The notes under the pieces are model-generated. The model made no database searches. It was not told the origin of the DNA and worked only from the letters and a program-made list of their open reading frames with translations. This document shows, one piece after another, positions 51,004-60,760 of a stretch of DNA of 64,000 nucleotides (positions within the stretch are counted from its first letter, which is position 1; every line of letters starts with the position of its first letter). A program made the translations under genes and the position numbers. Source of the DNA: an uncultured delta proteobacterium (GTDB lineage Bacteria > Desulfobacterota > Syntrophobacteria > BM002). The stretch lies in NCBI GenBank assembly GCA_963712115.1, contig CAVQGX010000018.1, positions 1 to 64,000 of the forward strand. The letters run 5' to 3'.

Positions 51004-51272
51004 TCCAGCAGGCAGCTAATGAGTCACTTGCCTTCGGCGTCATTAGGTCACTACGCTCCGCTGTCATTCATTGTAAGAGGTAGAGGACAGAATTCAGGTT
51101 TCAGCTTTTTTGTTTCTCTTCCCTGACACCTGACACCTGAAACCCTGCGAATTGTTGTTTGGGATTTCCGATTGCTCTCGGCAGCCTCACCTTGGTTGCA
51201 TGGCGGCGGCAGTGGCGGGCAGGTGCTGTGGACCGGGTGGGGAGGATTGAATAAAACTATTCTATGATCTTA

Positions 51273-51680
51273 TCAAGACCCCTTCATTTTCGCCTCAATA
51301 ACGAGTTTGGCGGCTATTTCTGTAATATAGCGCATGCGACGTACTAAGGTTAAGATTAACTTTCTAAGAAGTGGCGAAAATGAATCATATTCTTTTGTGA
51401 GTCTGTCATGGTCAAGAACTCCCAACCTCACATATCCAAGAGCAACAGCCGAAGCGGCTCGAGGCACCTTGCCCCTTTCTAAGAATGCCATTTCGCCAAG
51501 GATTTGGCCCTCGCCAATAGTGGTAATGGACACCGCACCCTTAGGAGTGCTTTTTTGTATGCGAACCTGGCCTTCCAAAACGATATAGATCCAGTCTGTG
51601 GAGGTGCCCTCTCTCAAGATCACATCTCCATCTTGATACTCTTCTTCTTCCAGTAGCATGAATGGATCAATATCTATCAT
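51273..51680 (-). CDS. Stand-alone cyclic-nucleotide-binding protein
   Basis: GEMAFL....PRAASA. Confidence 0.85.
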   Translation of the reverse strand: MIDIDPFMLLEEEEYQDGDVILREGTSTDWIYIVLEGQVRIQKSTPKGAVSITTIGEGQILGEMAFLERGKVPRAASAVALGYVRLGVLDHDRLTKEYDSFSPLLRKLILTLVRRMRYITEIAAKLVIEAKMKGS

Positions 51681-52229
51681 GATCTCAACCAGTTATCTGT
51701 AATTGCAGGGTTGAACTTTCATTGTTGCCTAAACTTCTACGCAAAGCACACAAATCACTCAATCAATGTTTGAGTCTCACAACAGCCTGTGGAATAAAGG
51801 TTTTTTCGTTAAGCAAGAGGATCAGCAGGAGCGGGAGGGAGAGAGATCCAGCCAGATCCGTGATCGCAGTAGGCCATTTATGAAACGTCCGGGCTATGGC
51901 TAATTTACTAGATGGTGGGGTCAAGGATCAAGAAAAATCAGAGGACAGAAGACAGAAGTCGGAGGTCGGAAGTCAGAGGACAGAAGACAGAATTTCGGAT
52001 TGCGGATTTGGGATATGGGATGTGAGATATGAGATTTGGGATTGCGGATTTTTATCTGATCGCTGACGGCTGAATAGAACCGGCAAAACTGGCTAAACAG
52101 GCCAAACGAATTGTGAGGTTTGAACGATCGAATGACTAATGATAAACATTTATGATAGAATCGCGCTGCTTCGAGACAAGGAAGCATCCGGGCTAGAATC
52201 GATCAAGTAAACAAGGATAATAGTTAGAT

Positions 52230-52481
52230 ATGGACACGGGAGTCATTCTAAGAATAATACTGTTGATTGCGGCTTTTATTCTACTCTTTCTTCCTACCGT
52301 GTGGGCCATCCGGGACATAGCTTACCGCAGCTTCCCCTCCTTAAAGGCTAAAGCTATGTGGTTTGCCTTAGTAACGCTCCTGCCGCCAATTGGAGCGTTT
52401 GTCTACATTGCCGTGGGCCGGCGCCGGGCTGGGACAGCAGTTGAAGAAAAAGACCAGGGACCACTGACCACGGACAACTGA
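52230..52481 (+). CDS. PLDc N-terminal domain small membrane protein
   Basis: WA..D..R.F..K..W...V..LP.IG..Y...GR. Confidence 0.8.
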   Translation: MDTGVILRIILLIAAFILLFLPTVWAIRDIAYRSFPSLKAKAMWFALVTLLPPIGAFVYIAVGRRRAGTAVEEKDQGPLTTDN

Positions 52482-52493
52482 CGGTAGATAAAA

Positions 52494-53168
52494 TTATTCT
52501 GTGGGCAAATAAGGTTCCAGGTCTTTTATGTATTTGGTAATAACCCTGTATCCCGAATCACTGAGGAGTTGGACTGCGGTGTCGCGATTGGCAGAAGGAA
52601 CCCTCATAACCAGTTCATGGATACCAGGATACTGGTGTAAGGGCAGGGTAATCATGCTCACGATGCTGATATTTGCATCTTTTAGTATGGTGCAGACATC
52701 TGCCAGCACTCCAATACGATCCTTTACCAGAACCACGAGGCGACCACTCTCCTGTTGAACTCCAAGGCCATCCAGCAGGACTTCCATCAGATCGGTGCTG
52801 GTTATAATTCCCACCAGTTTTTCACCTTCCACCACTGGTAGACTGCCAATCTTACGTTCGTGCAGGATCTTAGCAGCGCGTTCGATGGTGGCGTTGGGAG
52901 TTATGGTGATTGGGTCTTTTACCATTACGCTTTCCACGGTGAGCTTCTGCAAGACGTAGGTGAGTTCATAGATGCTCAAGGTGGTGGCTGGAGAGGCCCA
53001 AGCTTGTTTGATGTCCCGATCCGTAAGGATGCCTACCAGATTTCCCTTTTCGTCAACGACAGGTACCTGTTTGACGTTGTGCTCCCGCAGCAGATCTCGT
53101 GCTTTTACCAGGGGAGTATCAGGAGTTACCTTGATGAGATCAGTTGTCATTTTCCGACCCACATACAT
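52494..53168 (-). CDS. CBS-pair + ACT domain protein (AcuB-like)
   Basis: LVGILTDRDI..A.ASPATTLSIYEL, DR.GVL. Confidence 0.9.
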   Translation of the reverse strand: MYVGRKMTTDLIKVTPDTPLVKARDLLREHNVKQVPVVDEKGNLVGILTDRDIKQAWASPATTLSIYELTYVLQKLTVESVMVKDPITITPNATIERAAKILHERKIGSLPVVEGEKLVGIITSTDLMEVLLDGLGVQQESGRLVVLVKDRIGVLADVCTILKDANISIVSMITLPLHQYPGIHELVMRVPSANRDTAVQLLSDSGYRVITKYIKDLEPYLPTE

Positions 53169-53191
53169 AGTCTCCTCCTCTGCCTAATTTT

Positions 53192-53797
53192 CTAAAAAGT
53201 GATACCAGACCTATGCAATTGTTGCAGAAGGTCGTAGAAACCTTCTGAAGTCAGATATACCATCTGTATAGAAGGGCCAAACTGAATGTTATCTCGATTG
53301 ACCAAGGACTTGTTCTTGTAGGCAACCAAGCGCTTGTTGTTCACCAGCGTACCGTTGGTGGAGTTGGCGTCAACAATTTCGTAGGAATCTTCCTCCGCTG
53401 GCGCGACAAAATAGGTATGCAATTTGGAAACAGTTTTGTTGGTAATCACGATGTCGTTATTGGCAGCTCGACCAAGGCAGATCATATTAACAGGAGCTGA
53501 GCTGGCGTGCTTGGCTATTTCGATTACTAAGGTTTCATATATTTGAGATTCGGTGGAAGGGGAGATTTCTCCAGGAAGTTCGTCGCTGTATTCAGAAGAA
53601 AAAGTTTCAAATTGAAAAGCCGTGTCCTCTATCCAATCTCCGGCTTGCGGCCAGAGTAGCACGGGATATTTGTGTTTTGCTTGAAACAGGCTAGAGGTAA
53701 GCCCCGAGGCCTCTTTCAAATATTCAACGATTGGCCTAAACTCACCTGTCATCAAACTCTCCAAGACTAAGTCCTGTCCCGCTGCAGTCTCGGGCAA
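53192..53797 (-). CDS. FHA-domain protein
   Basis: LGR..NDIV...VSK.H..D.NSTNGT; true start may be the internal Met. Confidence 0.82.
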   Translation of the reverse strand: MPETAAGQDLVLESLMTGEFRPIVEYLKEASGLTSSLFQAKHKYPVLLWPQAGDWIEDTAFQFETFSSEYSDELPGEISPSTESQIYETLVIEIAKHASSAPVNMICLGRAANNDIVITNKTVSKLHTYFVAPAEEDSYEIVDANSTNGTLVNNKRLVAYKNKSLVNRDNIQFGPSIQMVYLTSEGFYDLLQQLHRSGITF

Positions 53798-53803
53798 AAA
53801 CCA

Positions 53804-54163
53804 CTATTCTTTGTGGCCGAGAATCATGAAATCTTCACCTTCCTGGAGAATGTATTCCTTATCTCCCAATCCGAATTCAGGGTCGTACCGGAAGGGTATT
53901 CTAAGATCATCTGCAGTTGCTATACGTTCCAAAATATAAGAGAGTACCGCGGTCATTTCATGGATGGCAGGAAGCATAACGTTTTGGGGAATGGCTATTT
54001 CCTTGAGGCCGAAATGGGTGTATATGCCACGGGTAACAAGTACTCCTTTTGCGGGTAGATGGACAATTTCCACCACTTGAGCAGCGTTTTTTTGATTAGC
54101 TATAGTTGCTACGATGACTTCCTGGGTGGAATCGGAACCGTTAAATAACTCGGGCATTAACAT
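53804..54163 (-). CDS. Hypothetical protein
   Basis: AGGAG RBS; co-oriented with the FHA and CBS genes. Confidence 0.65.
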   Translation of the reverse strand: MLMPELFNGSDSTQEVIVATIANQKNAAQVVEIVHLPAKGVLVTRGIYTHFGLKEIAIPQNVMLPAIHEMTAVLSYILERIATADDLRIPFRYDPEFGLGDKEYILQEGEDFMILGHKE

Positions 54164-54525
54164 CTCCTGGGCTCAACTATTTTGTGCGTCTTCAAGTTAA
54201 TTACACGACTTCACCAGATTTGACAAGTCTTGCCCTCAGAGCCAAATTCGCTTGGCACTTCTGTTTATTGTTGAGTTTTTCCGACATGCACGTCTCATAC
54301 CACCTATATCGCATAGAGCATGGCGCATAGCGTCAATTAGTAGCATCGTTGAAGCCGTTGAAGTGGATGAAATCGTTCAAGTCGTTCGAATCGGTGCTGG
54401 AGGCCTCTCCCAGAGGAAAATCTCACACTTAGTTTGGCCGGTTTAGCCCGGTTGCCAGGTAGCACAGACAAGAATTCCACGTTCCGCGTTCCGACTTCCG
54501 CGTTTAAATCCTCGTCTCGCCTTAT

Positions 54526-54542
54526 TTGGCATGCTGGTTGCT
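54526..54542 (+). promoter_or_regulatory. sigma54 promoter
   Basis: TTGGCATGCTGGTTGCT: GG-N10-GC. Confidence 0.65.
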
Positions 54543-54668
54543 AATATAGTAAACGGTTAAAATCATATTACTCTTTAAGTGGTTGTTATATTTAAAAAAT
54601 TATCATGCAGGGGCGATTGGCCTTACCCGATTTTGTATACAATGAGATACATATACGGGAGGACTAAG

Positions 54669-54920
54669 ATGAAACTTACGGGTAAATTAGCTTACTACGA
54701 AAGCAAACTAAAACTTCTCAGTAACCCGAATTTAGATGCCAGTCTCTTGAAACTTGGATGCTGGGATGCTCCTTTCGAGAAAGCGGGGCTTTCGGATCCG
54801 CGAAGATGTCAGTATTTTATTAAGCAGTGCAAAAAATATTATGAGCAAAAGATAGATCGGATTCAGAAGGAGCAGCGCGCCGCTCGTCGCGGCAAATGGT
54901 ATGTCCGTTTGGGACTGTAG
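54669..54920 (+). CDS. Small basic hypothetical protein
   Basis: GGGAGGA RBS before ATG 54669. Confidence 0.6.
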   Translation: MKLTGKLAYYESKLKLLSNPNLDASLLKLGCWDAPFEKAGLSDPRRCQYFIKQCKKYYEQKIDRIQKEQRAARRGKWYVRLGL

Positions 54921-55463
54921 GCAAAATCTGGTTCACTCAGAACATCTCTAGGCATTATCTGTAATGCTTTCGCATGGCGCTAAGTGCGGAGCTCATAGCG
55001 TCAATTGGTCTAATCGTTAAATCCGTTCAAGTCGTCAAATCAGCTCACAGCTGAAAGCTCATAGGTCAAAGGAAATCTTTTAAGTCTTTTAAGTCGTTCA
55101 AGTCTTAAAGCTCAAGGAGCCAGGCGTCAGGAGCCAGTAGCCAAAATGGAAGAACACTCTTTATGTTTCTCCCTGCTGGATTCTGGATTCTGACTCCTGA
55201 ATTCTTATATAATTGGTGTTTAGTGCCTAGTCCTTAGTGCCTAGTGACCTGCTGCCCTCTGCCCTCTGACTTCCGACCTCTACCTATTACAACAAATGAC
55301 AGCGGAGCGTAGTGACCTAATGACGCCGAAGGCAAGTGACTCATTGCCTGCCAACTGTCTTGTGTCCTCTGATCCCTTGCCTCTGATTCCTTAACCCTTT
55401 TTATTGACTACACTGCTCAATTAAGATTAAATTGAACTCACCTATATAAAGATCAATGGTTGT

Positions 55464-55658
55464 CAACCCAGATGTTTCATGAATTGGTGTCACGAGACCA
55501 CGAAGATGCGCGTGCCACCGGGCAACCGTCCCGCGGTACCGCGGGATTGGTCCCGAGGCGTACCTGACTGGTACGTCGCAGGGGCCTGCACCTGAGGACG
55601 CGCGGAAGGACGGTCATAATCGTGGTCGCAGTAAGCGATTCATGAAACATCCGGGTTG
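55464..55658. mobile_element. MITE-like repeat, copy 2
   Basis: CAACCCAGATGTTTCATGAAT...ATTCATGAAACATCCGGGTTG; homologous to 9195-9421; solo ends near 16178-16193, 31494-31531, 51858-51896. Confidence 0.75.
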
Positions 55659-55733
55659 ATCGGTCAAAGTATTATGAGTATTTCTCTGTAATGATATACA
55701 GACATAGAGCGAACCGTCGGAAGGAGAGAAGGT

Positions 55734-56900
55734 ATGACAGCAAAAAAGCCCCGTACCATAGCCATACTTACTGGTGGCGGCGACGTGCCCGGACTGAACC
55801 CATGCATCAAAGCACTGGTCTATCGTGGTATTGAGGAAGGGTTAAGGGTACTGGGAATCCGGAGAGGATGGGCAGGTCTTTTCGAGTTTAACCCTGACCA
55901 CCCCGATTCCATGAAAAAAAATATTATGGAGTTGGAGAAGGGGACAGTTCGCACCATAGACCGCTCCGGAGGTACCTATCTCCACACCTCGAGAACCAAT
56001 CCGGGAAGAGTCAAATACGAAAACGTCCCTGAGTTTCTCAAAGACCAGGCGAAGGAAAGTGAACTTAATGACTTTACCGAGCACGTGCTGAGCAACCTGA
56101 AACATCTAGGCATTGATGTATTAATTCCCATTGGAGGGGATGACACGCTCAGTTATGGAGAGCGTCTTCACGAAGAGGGCTTCCCCGTGGTGGCAATCCC
56201 TAAAACCATGGACAACGACGTCCATGGAACCGACTATTGTATTGGTTTTTCCACCGCGGTAACAAGGAGTGTCAATTTCATCCATTCTTTGCGCACCTCT
56301 ACCGGTTCCCATGAGCGCATCGCTGTTATAGAGCTCTTTGGCCGCTACTGTGGTGAAACTTCTCTGATCTCAGCGTATCTAGCGAGTGCTGACCGGGCCA
56401 TAATCTCTGAAGTTCCTTTTGACCCTGAGAGGCTCGCCCGTTTGATCATGGAGGACAAGCAGGCCAATCCCAGCAATTATGCCATGCTCACTATCAGTGA
56501 GGGTGCGCGCATGATCAGCGGCGACATGGTACAGTATGGAGAGGCCGACGCCTATGGTCACCGCAAACTTGGCGGGATTGGTATGATGACTGGTGAGGTT
56601 CTGAAGAAATTAACCGGGCAAAACATTATTTTCCAACAGCTCTCGTACCTAATGCGGAGTGGCGCCCCGGATTCCCTTGACCTGATGGTGGCAGTCAACT
56701 TTGCTAACATGGCCATCGACCTAGTTCTCAAAAAAGTGAGTGGCCGCATGGTCTCCTTGACCCAGGGAGTATACACGGATGTGTCCATGAGCGTCATTAC
56801 GAGCGGACAGAAAAGGGTTGATGTCAGAGAGCTATATGATGCGGAGCAATATCGGCCAAAGGTCCGCCACGTGATGGGAAAACCGATGTTTCTTTATTAG
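55734..56900 (+). CDS. Phosphofructokinase, predicted PPi-dependent
   Basis: [15 protein letters not shown] (Asp at the ATP/PPi discriminating position), PKTMDND. Confidence 0.9.
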   Translation: MTAKKPRTIAILTGGGDVPGLNPCIKALVYRGIEEGLRVLGIRRGWAGLFEFNPDHPDSMKKNIMELEKGTVRTIDRSGGTYLHTSRTNPGRVKYENVPEFLKDQAKESELNDFTEHVLSNLKHLGIDVLIPIGGDDTLSYGERLHEEGFPVVAIPKTMDNDVHGTDYCIGFSTAVTRSVNFIHSLRTSTGSHERIAVIELFGRYCGETSLISAYLASADRAIISEVPFDPERLARLIMEDKQANPSNYAMLTISEGARMISGDMVQYGEADAYGHRKLGGIGMMTGEVLKKLTGQNIIFQQLSYLMRSGAPDSLDLMVAVNFANMAIDLVLKKVSGRMVSLTQGVYTDVSMSVITSGQKRVDVRELYDAEQYRPKVRHVMGKPMFLY

Positions 56901-58054
56901 ATCTCAGTTCGCCCAACAATTCCTACACACTTAACTGCCGTCCCCTCTGCTGGGTGCGTATAGGGTGCGGAAAGGTGCAAGTTATCTAGTTCGTCCACCT
57001 GGTTTTTATGCTCCCCTGGCATCCAGTGAGCGTACTTGTCCAAAGTGATACTCAACTGCATGGTGGCCCAGCTGCTTACTCACGTCAACGATGTTGTCAC
57101 CTTTGGCGATCCGCAGGGTGGCGTAGGTGTGGCGCAGGTCGTGAAACCTGATAGGTCGGGGTGAGATGTCTTGGAGTTTTCTCTGAAGGATGAAGTTGTA
57201 GTTTAGCCTGTTACCTGTTTCATCGGCGAATATCAGCCCGGAAATGCTTGCAACCTTGCGATGCTTCCTCAGGCCCTTGAGTGCTTCCACGGTTGCAGGA
57301 GTGAGATCGACCGTGCGAGTCTTCTTGTTCTTTGGAGGCCCGGTCCGATCCAAGCGGTAGTCATAAGCTCTTACTTACCTCGAGGGTCCTGTTGTTCAAA
57401 GTCGATGTCGGACCATTCAAGTGCAAGTACCTCGCCCAATCTCAAGCCGGTTCTGACTGCTAGCAAATAGGCTGTAGAAAGCTCAATTTCAAGCCCTGCT
57501 GCGTTTTCCAGCATTTGCTGTACCTCGGTAGCACTCAATGGATCGATGCTCGTTTCAGCCTGCCAGTTCCGCAATATTTCCGTGGTTCTCTGGCAGGGTT
57601 CTGATACTGATAATTTCATCCTCAATCGCATTTTCAAAGATACCGCTAAGCACTGCTAGAATTACTTGAGTTCCAGGCCGGAGAGTAGTCCCTTGCCTTT
57701 GAGATGTTCCGATAAAGTGCTTAACGTGTTTCCGTTTAATCTCATCGAGTCTTTTGCTGCCAAAATGAGGCTCAATGTGCAATCTGAAAACCTCCTTGTA
57801 TTTCATGCAGAGTGCTTTACAGCCTGCTCTCTGAGCGGAGAATCGAGCCATTGCTTGCCGTATTTGGCGACCGTCGGACGTTGATCCCTAACCATGCCCA
57901 TATCGCCAGCTGCAAGGCGCTCTCTTATCCTCCTTGCTACGTTGTTGGCAGTGCGCTTGTCGCCTATCTTCTTGCTCCGACGCCTGCCTTTGTGGTGGAT
58001 GAACACCCACCACTCCCCTGAATCTTTGACTTTTTCTCTAACGTTTACAGCCAT
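56897..58054 (-). pseudogene. Tyrosine integrase with several frameshifts
   Basis: Fragments carry RTGLRLGE, PPKN, FHDLRHTYA, QLGH and ITLDKY in different frames. Confidence 0.88.
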
Positions 58055-58102
58055 CTTCAATCACTCTCCTTTCGTGCTCCGGGTGTTGCTCTCACCTATT
58101 CC

Positions 58103-58182
58103 CAGGTCATAACCAGCTTCGTTCGCTATTGTGTTCTCACTTGTGTTCTCACTTGTGTTCCTAATTTTCACAGGTCATAACC
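58103..58182. repeat. Direct repeats upstream of the integrase
   Basis: TTGTGTTCTCAC about 2.7 copies (58129-58160) between two CAGGTCATAACC (58103, 58171). Confidence 0.8.
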
Positions 58183-58191
58183 TACCTTGAA

Positions 58192-58416
58192 CTAGTCTGT
58201 TTCGGGATCCCGATTTGCTACTTTACTCCTTTCAGTTTCTTCCTTCAGCGTTTGACAGTGGCCTATAATTTCCTCTGCAGCCTTGACAAGCATCTGTCCT
58301 GCATCGATAAAAAAGAACTCCCCGCTGTTGTTCAGGTCTCCAGGATCCATGTTTTTGAGAAATTTCCCTATACCTTCCACTTTTTCAGCACACCCTAAAA
58401 GATCCTCGTAAATCAT
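58192..58416 (-). CDS. Small phage hypothetical protein
   Basis: GAGGAG RBS; ATGA overlap with the upstream gene. Confidence 0.65.
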   Translation of the reverse strand: MIYEDLLGCAEKVEGIGKFLKNMDPGDLNNSGEFFFIDAGQMLVKAAEEIIGHCQTLKEETERSKVANRDPETD

Positions 58417-58667
58417 TGGCTCTCCTCCTCTTTGGCCGGTTTCTGGCCGTTGCCAAGCAGCATGTTCTCGAACTGCGTCAACGTTTCTCCCACTTCCAAA
58501 AGTGATTCGCCCATACCCCACACAATATCACCGCCGTGTTTCGCTATTCTGTACTTCTCGAAATCGGAGCTCATAATCGCCGCCCATACGAAGTAGAGCT
58601 TTCCCATTTGTGGGCGAACCTCCTTCTCCCAAAAGCATTTTGCCTGTTCTACTCTTTCTTCATTCAT
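58413..58667 (-). CDS. Small phage hypothetical protein
   Basis: GGAGG RBS; overlapping operon arrangement. Confidence 0.65.
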   Translation of the reverse strand: MNEERVEQAKCFWEKEVRPQMGKLYFVWAAIMSSDFEKYRIAKHGGDIVWGMGESLLEVGETLTQFENMLLGNGQKPAKEEESQ

Positions 58668-58947
58668 CTGCTCTCACCTCCTCCCCGGTGGAGGCCTCCT
58701 CTTTGGCCTCAGCTTCCAGGATTTCAACCATTTGTTTGAAATGGAATAAGGTGTTGTTGTAGTTGGCCGTGATTTTGTCGAGTATTCTGTGTAGACCACG
58801 GCAGGCTTCAGTAAATCGGTTTCCATCTTCGCTTGCCTCCCCTGCTAGACCTATAGAACTACTAAGGGCAAGCAGGTTATCGCATTGTTCTTTCCAGACG
58901 AAGATTTGCTGGTGATACAACCTCAGGGCTTCTTCTTTAGTCATCAT
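58660..58947 (-). CDS. Small phage hypothetical protein
   Basis: AAGGAG RBS. Confidence 0.65.
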   Translation of the reverse strand: MMTKEEALRLYHQQIFVWKEQCDNLLALSSSIGLAGEASEDGNRFTEACRGLHRILDKITANYNNTLFHFKQMVEILEAEAKEEASTGEEVRADE

Positions 58948-59257
58948 AGGGTCACTCCTTTCACCCCTGAAACTCCCCTACCTGGTGCCGTGAGCCGCCG
59001 TAGGATCGACGATCGCCGAATTTAGGTACTTGGGCACGTCCCAGGATCCAGAAACGAAAAAACCCCCACCCCAGCCACGGCCAGAGTGAGGATGAACTGG
59101 TTTTGCGCGAGTTCTTCCCAGGCGCAGACGCACAGGCCCCCAGTGCCTCACGGCAAGGAACTCGGGAAACTGGTTATTTAAGTCTGCGCGGTTCATAGCT
59201 CTGCCTTTCGGGAAATTGGTTGACGTATATACTTTTAGTTTTAGTATATTGAAGTCA

Positions 59258-59500
59258 ATGTCAAACATACGAATGCACGAAGCTCTTGCAACACCCAGAG
59301 GTGATTTGAGTTTGCAAACGAGAAATGCTACAAGCGCAAACTAGCAAAGAGATAGGAAATCTCGCCGGCGTATATCTCATGAAGTAGAAACAATCTCCTG
59401 AAAACCATTCGCATCTAGAGAAGTTGGAGAAGTCCTAAGAAATATGACTGACATCGAAATTCGTAGAAGGATTCTCACTGCCCGCTCGATGACCAATATG
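59258..59500 (+). pseudogene. Frameshifted XRE/Cro-C1 HTH repressor remnant
   Basis: Pieces read LQAQ / LAK / EIG / ISPAY / EVE across single-base indels. Confidence 0.4.
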
Positions 59501-59507
59501 ACATGCA

Positions 59508-59837
59508 TCAAGAAAACAAATCCTCAAATAACATCAGGATCCCCAACTCATCAGCCACAGTCTTAACGCCCCGGGGCCCCTCATTTACCTTCACCGGACT
59601 GTTCCTCCTGCCAATCTCGAAATCGCCGGTACTTCGCCGGATAGAAAATGCACCATAAAAAAATCCAGTAAGGCTCGAAATCCTCTTCTCAGCACCCTTG
59701 ATGTGGCGGTATCTGCATTTTTTGCAACTCCATCCAGGCCAGCTCCGTGCCACAGCATGGTCGAGACAACGGGTATAAAGCGGACAGGCAAGATTCCGAT
59801 ACCGGTTGCCAGTAACTCTCCGAGGACGACGTTCCAT
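59508..59837 (-). CDS. Cys-rich phage hypothetical protein
   Basis: RN..CP.Y..CL..A....W..WSC..C; AGGAGG RBS before MERRP. Confidence 0.55.
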   Translation of the reverse strand: MERRPRRVTGNRYRNLACPLYTRCLDHAVARSWPGWSCKKCRYRHIKGAEKRISSLTGFFYGAFSIRRSTGDFEIGRRNSPVKVNEGPRGVKTVADELGILMLFEDLFS

Positions 59838-60061
59838 TGACCGAGTTGGCCTCCTGCTGGTAAACTGAAAAGGCCAGCTGGTCAATTTTTCTCTTAACTA
59901 AGCCAGGAGATGCACGCTCCTGGCTTTTCAACTTTAGATTCCACCCCAAATGTTACCAGGGGGGGGTGCCCTGGGTATAGGGTCAGAAGTGAATGGGCGT
60001 TTCACGCATGTTTCACGCAACAAATAGACCTTGTGGAACAACAAACAGGCATTATAGAGCA

Positions 60062-60262
60062 TCAGTTATCTGGGCGTAGAGCCCGGTTCAAAACCTTCTC
60101 ATTCTCCAGCAGCCACTTCGCCACGTTTGGCAAATAATACAGGCGGACTTGATTGGTCACGCGAATAAAGGGAAACTGCTTTTCCGTCCTCAGCCGGGAT
60201 AGTGTTACCTTCTTCAAGCTCAACAGGTCCAACAGTGTGTCCTCTGTACAGAAATTCTCCAT
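60062..60262 (-). CDS. Excisionase/AlpA-like winged-helix protein
   Basis: L.LL.L...TL..LR....FPFIRV....RLY....V..WL. Confidence 0.65.
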   Translation of the reverse strand: MENFCTEDTLLDLLSLKKVTLSRLRTEKQFPFIRVTNQVRLYYLPNVAKWLLENEKVLNRALRPDN

Positions 60263-60590
60263 TTTCAGTGCTTCTTCGTTCACGGCGCAAAACCTCCTCT
60301 TCAATGAAACTTTCAAGCCAATAGCAGCGAACTAGGTCGCCACGCTGATTTAGTTCTCTCCACCAGGCCAGTTTCCTCTCCTGACTCATAACCAAAAACA
60401 ATTGCACACACCTGGAGCAAAGAAACCCCTCGGCGTCCTGCGCCGGCTTGTAATCCGTAGCCTCTCCACAAAACCCACAGCGGGCGCCGCTGACTATGTC
60501 TCTCTCATCCTGGCGCATGCAATCCTCAGATTCGCAAAGCCACGGCCATTCCGGGCATTCAGGGCAATCCTGACAGGATCTCAATTGCAT
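60099..60590 (-). CDS. Cys-rich (zinc-finger) phage protein; 3' end uncertain
   Basis: CxxC pairs (CGFC, CSRC); GGAGG RBS. Confidence 0.5.
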   Translation of the reverse strand: MQLRSCQDCPECPEWPWLCESEDCMRQDERDIVSGARCGFCGEATDYKPAQDAEGFLCSRCVQLFLVMSQERKLAWWRELNQRGDLVRCYWLESFIEEEVLRRERRSTENGEFLYRGHTVGPVELEEGNTIPAEDGKAVSLYSRDQSSPPVLFAKRGEVAAGE

Positions 60591-60610
60591 ACTTCCTCCT
60601 TTGACTTAGC

Positions 60611-60760
60611 TTAGGTCCAGCCTTTTGGACTAGGGACCGGATTGATCACGATGATCGGCGTGATCTCAAAACCACAGCCAGGGCATAGTGTTTTAACGCC
60701 GGTTGGATTTGTTTCGAAGATCTGATTGCACGCGGGACAACGCACAACACTACCTCTTTC
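60611..60760 (-). CDS. Small zinc-ribbon protein
   Basis: CPAC..CPGC; start uncertain. Confidence 0.45.
   Translation of the reverse strand, partial: ERGSVVRCPACNQIFETNPTGVKTLCPGCGFEITPIIVINPVPSPKGWT

Noticed and set aside
56900-56960. tRNA at the integration site
   Set aside because: No T-arm (GTTCGA) or acceptor stem pattern
59955-60019. cos/pac site or second att site (G-run plus GTTTCACGCA twice)
   Set aside because: Too short to support without terminase context
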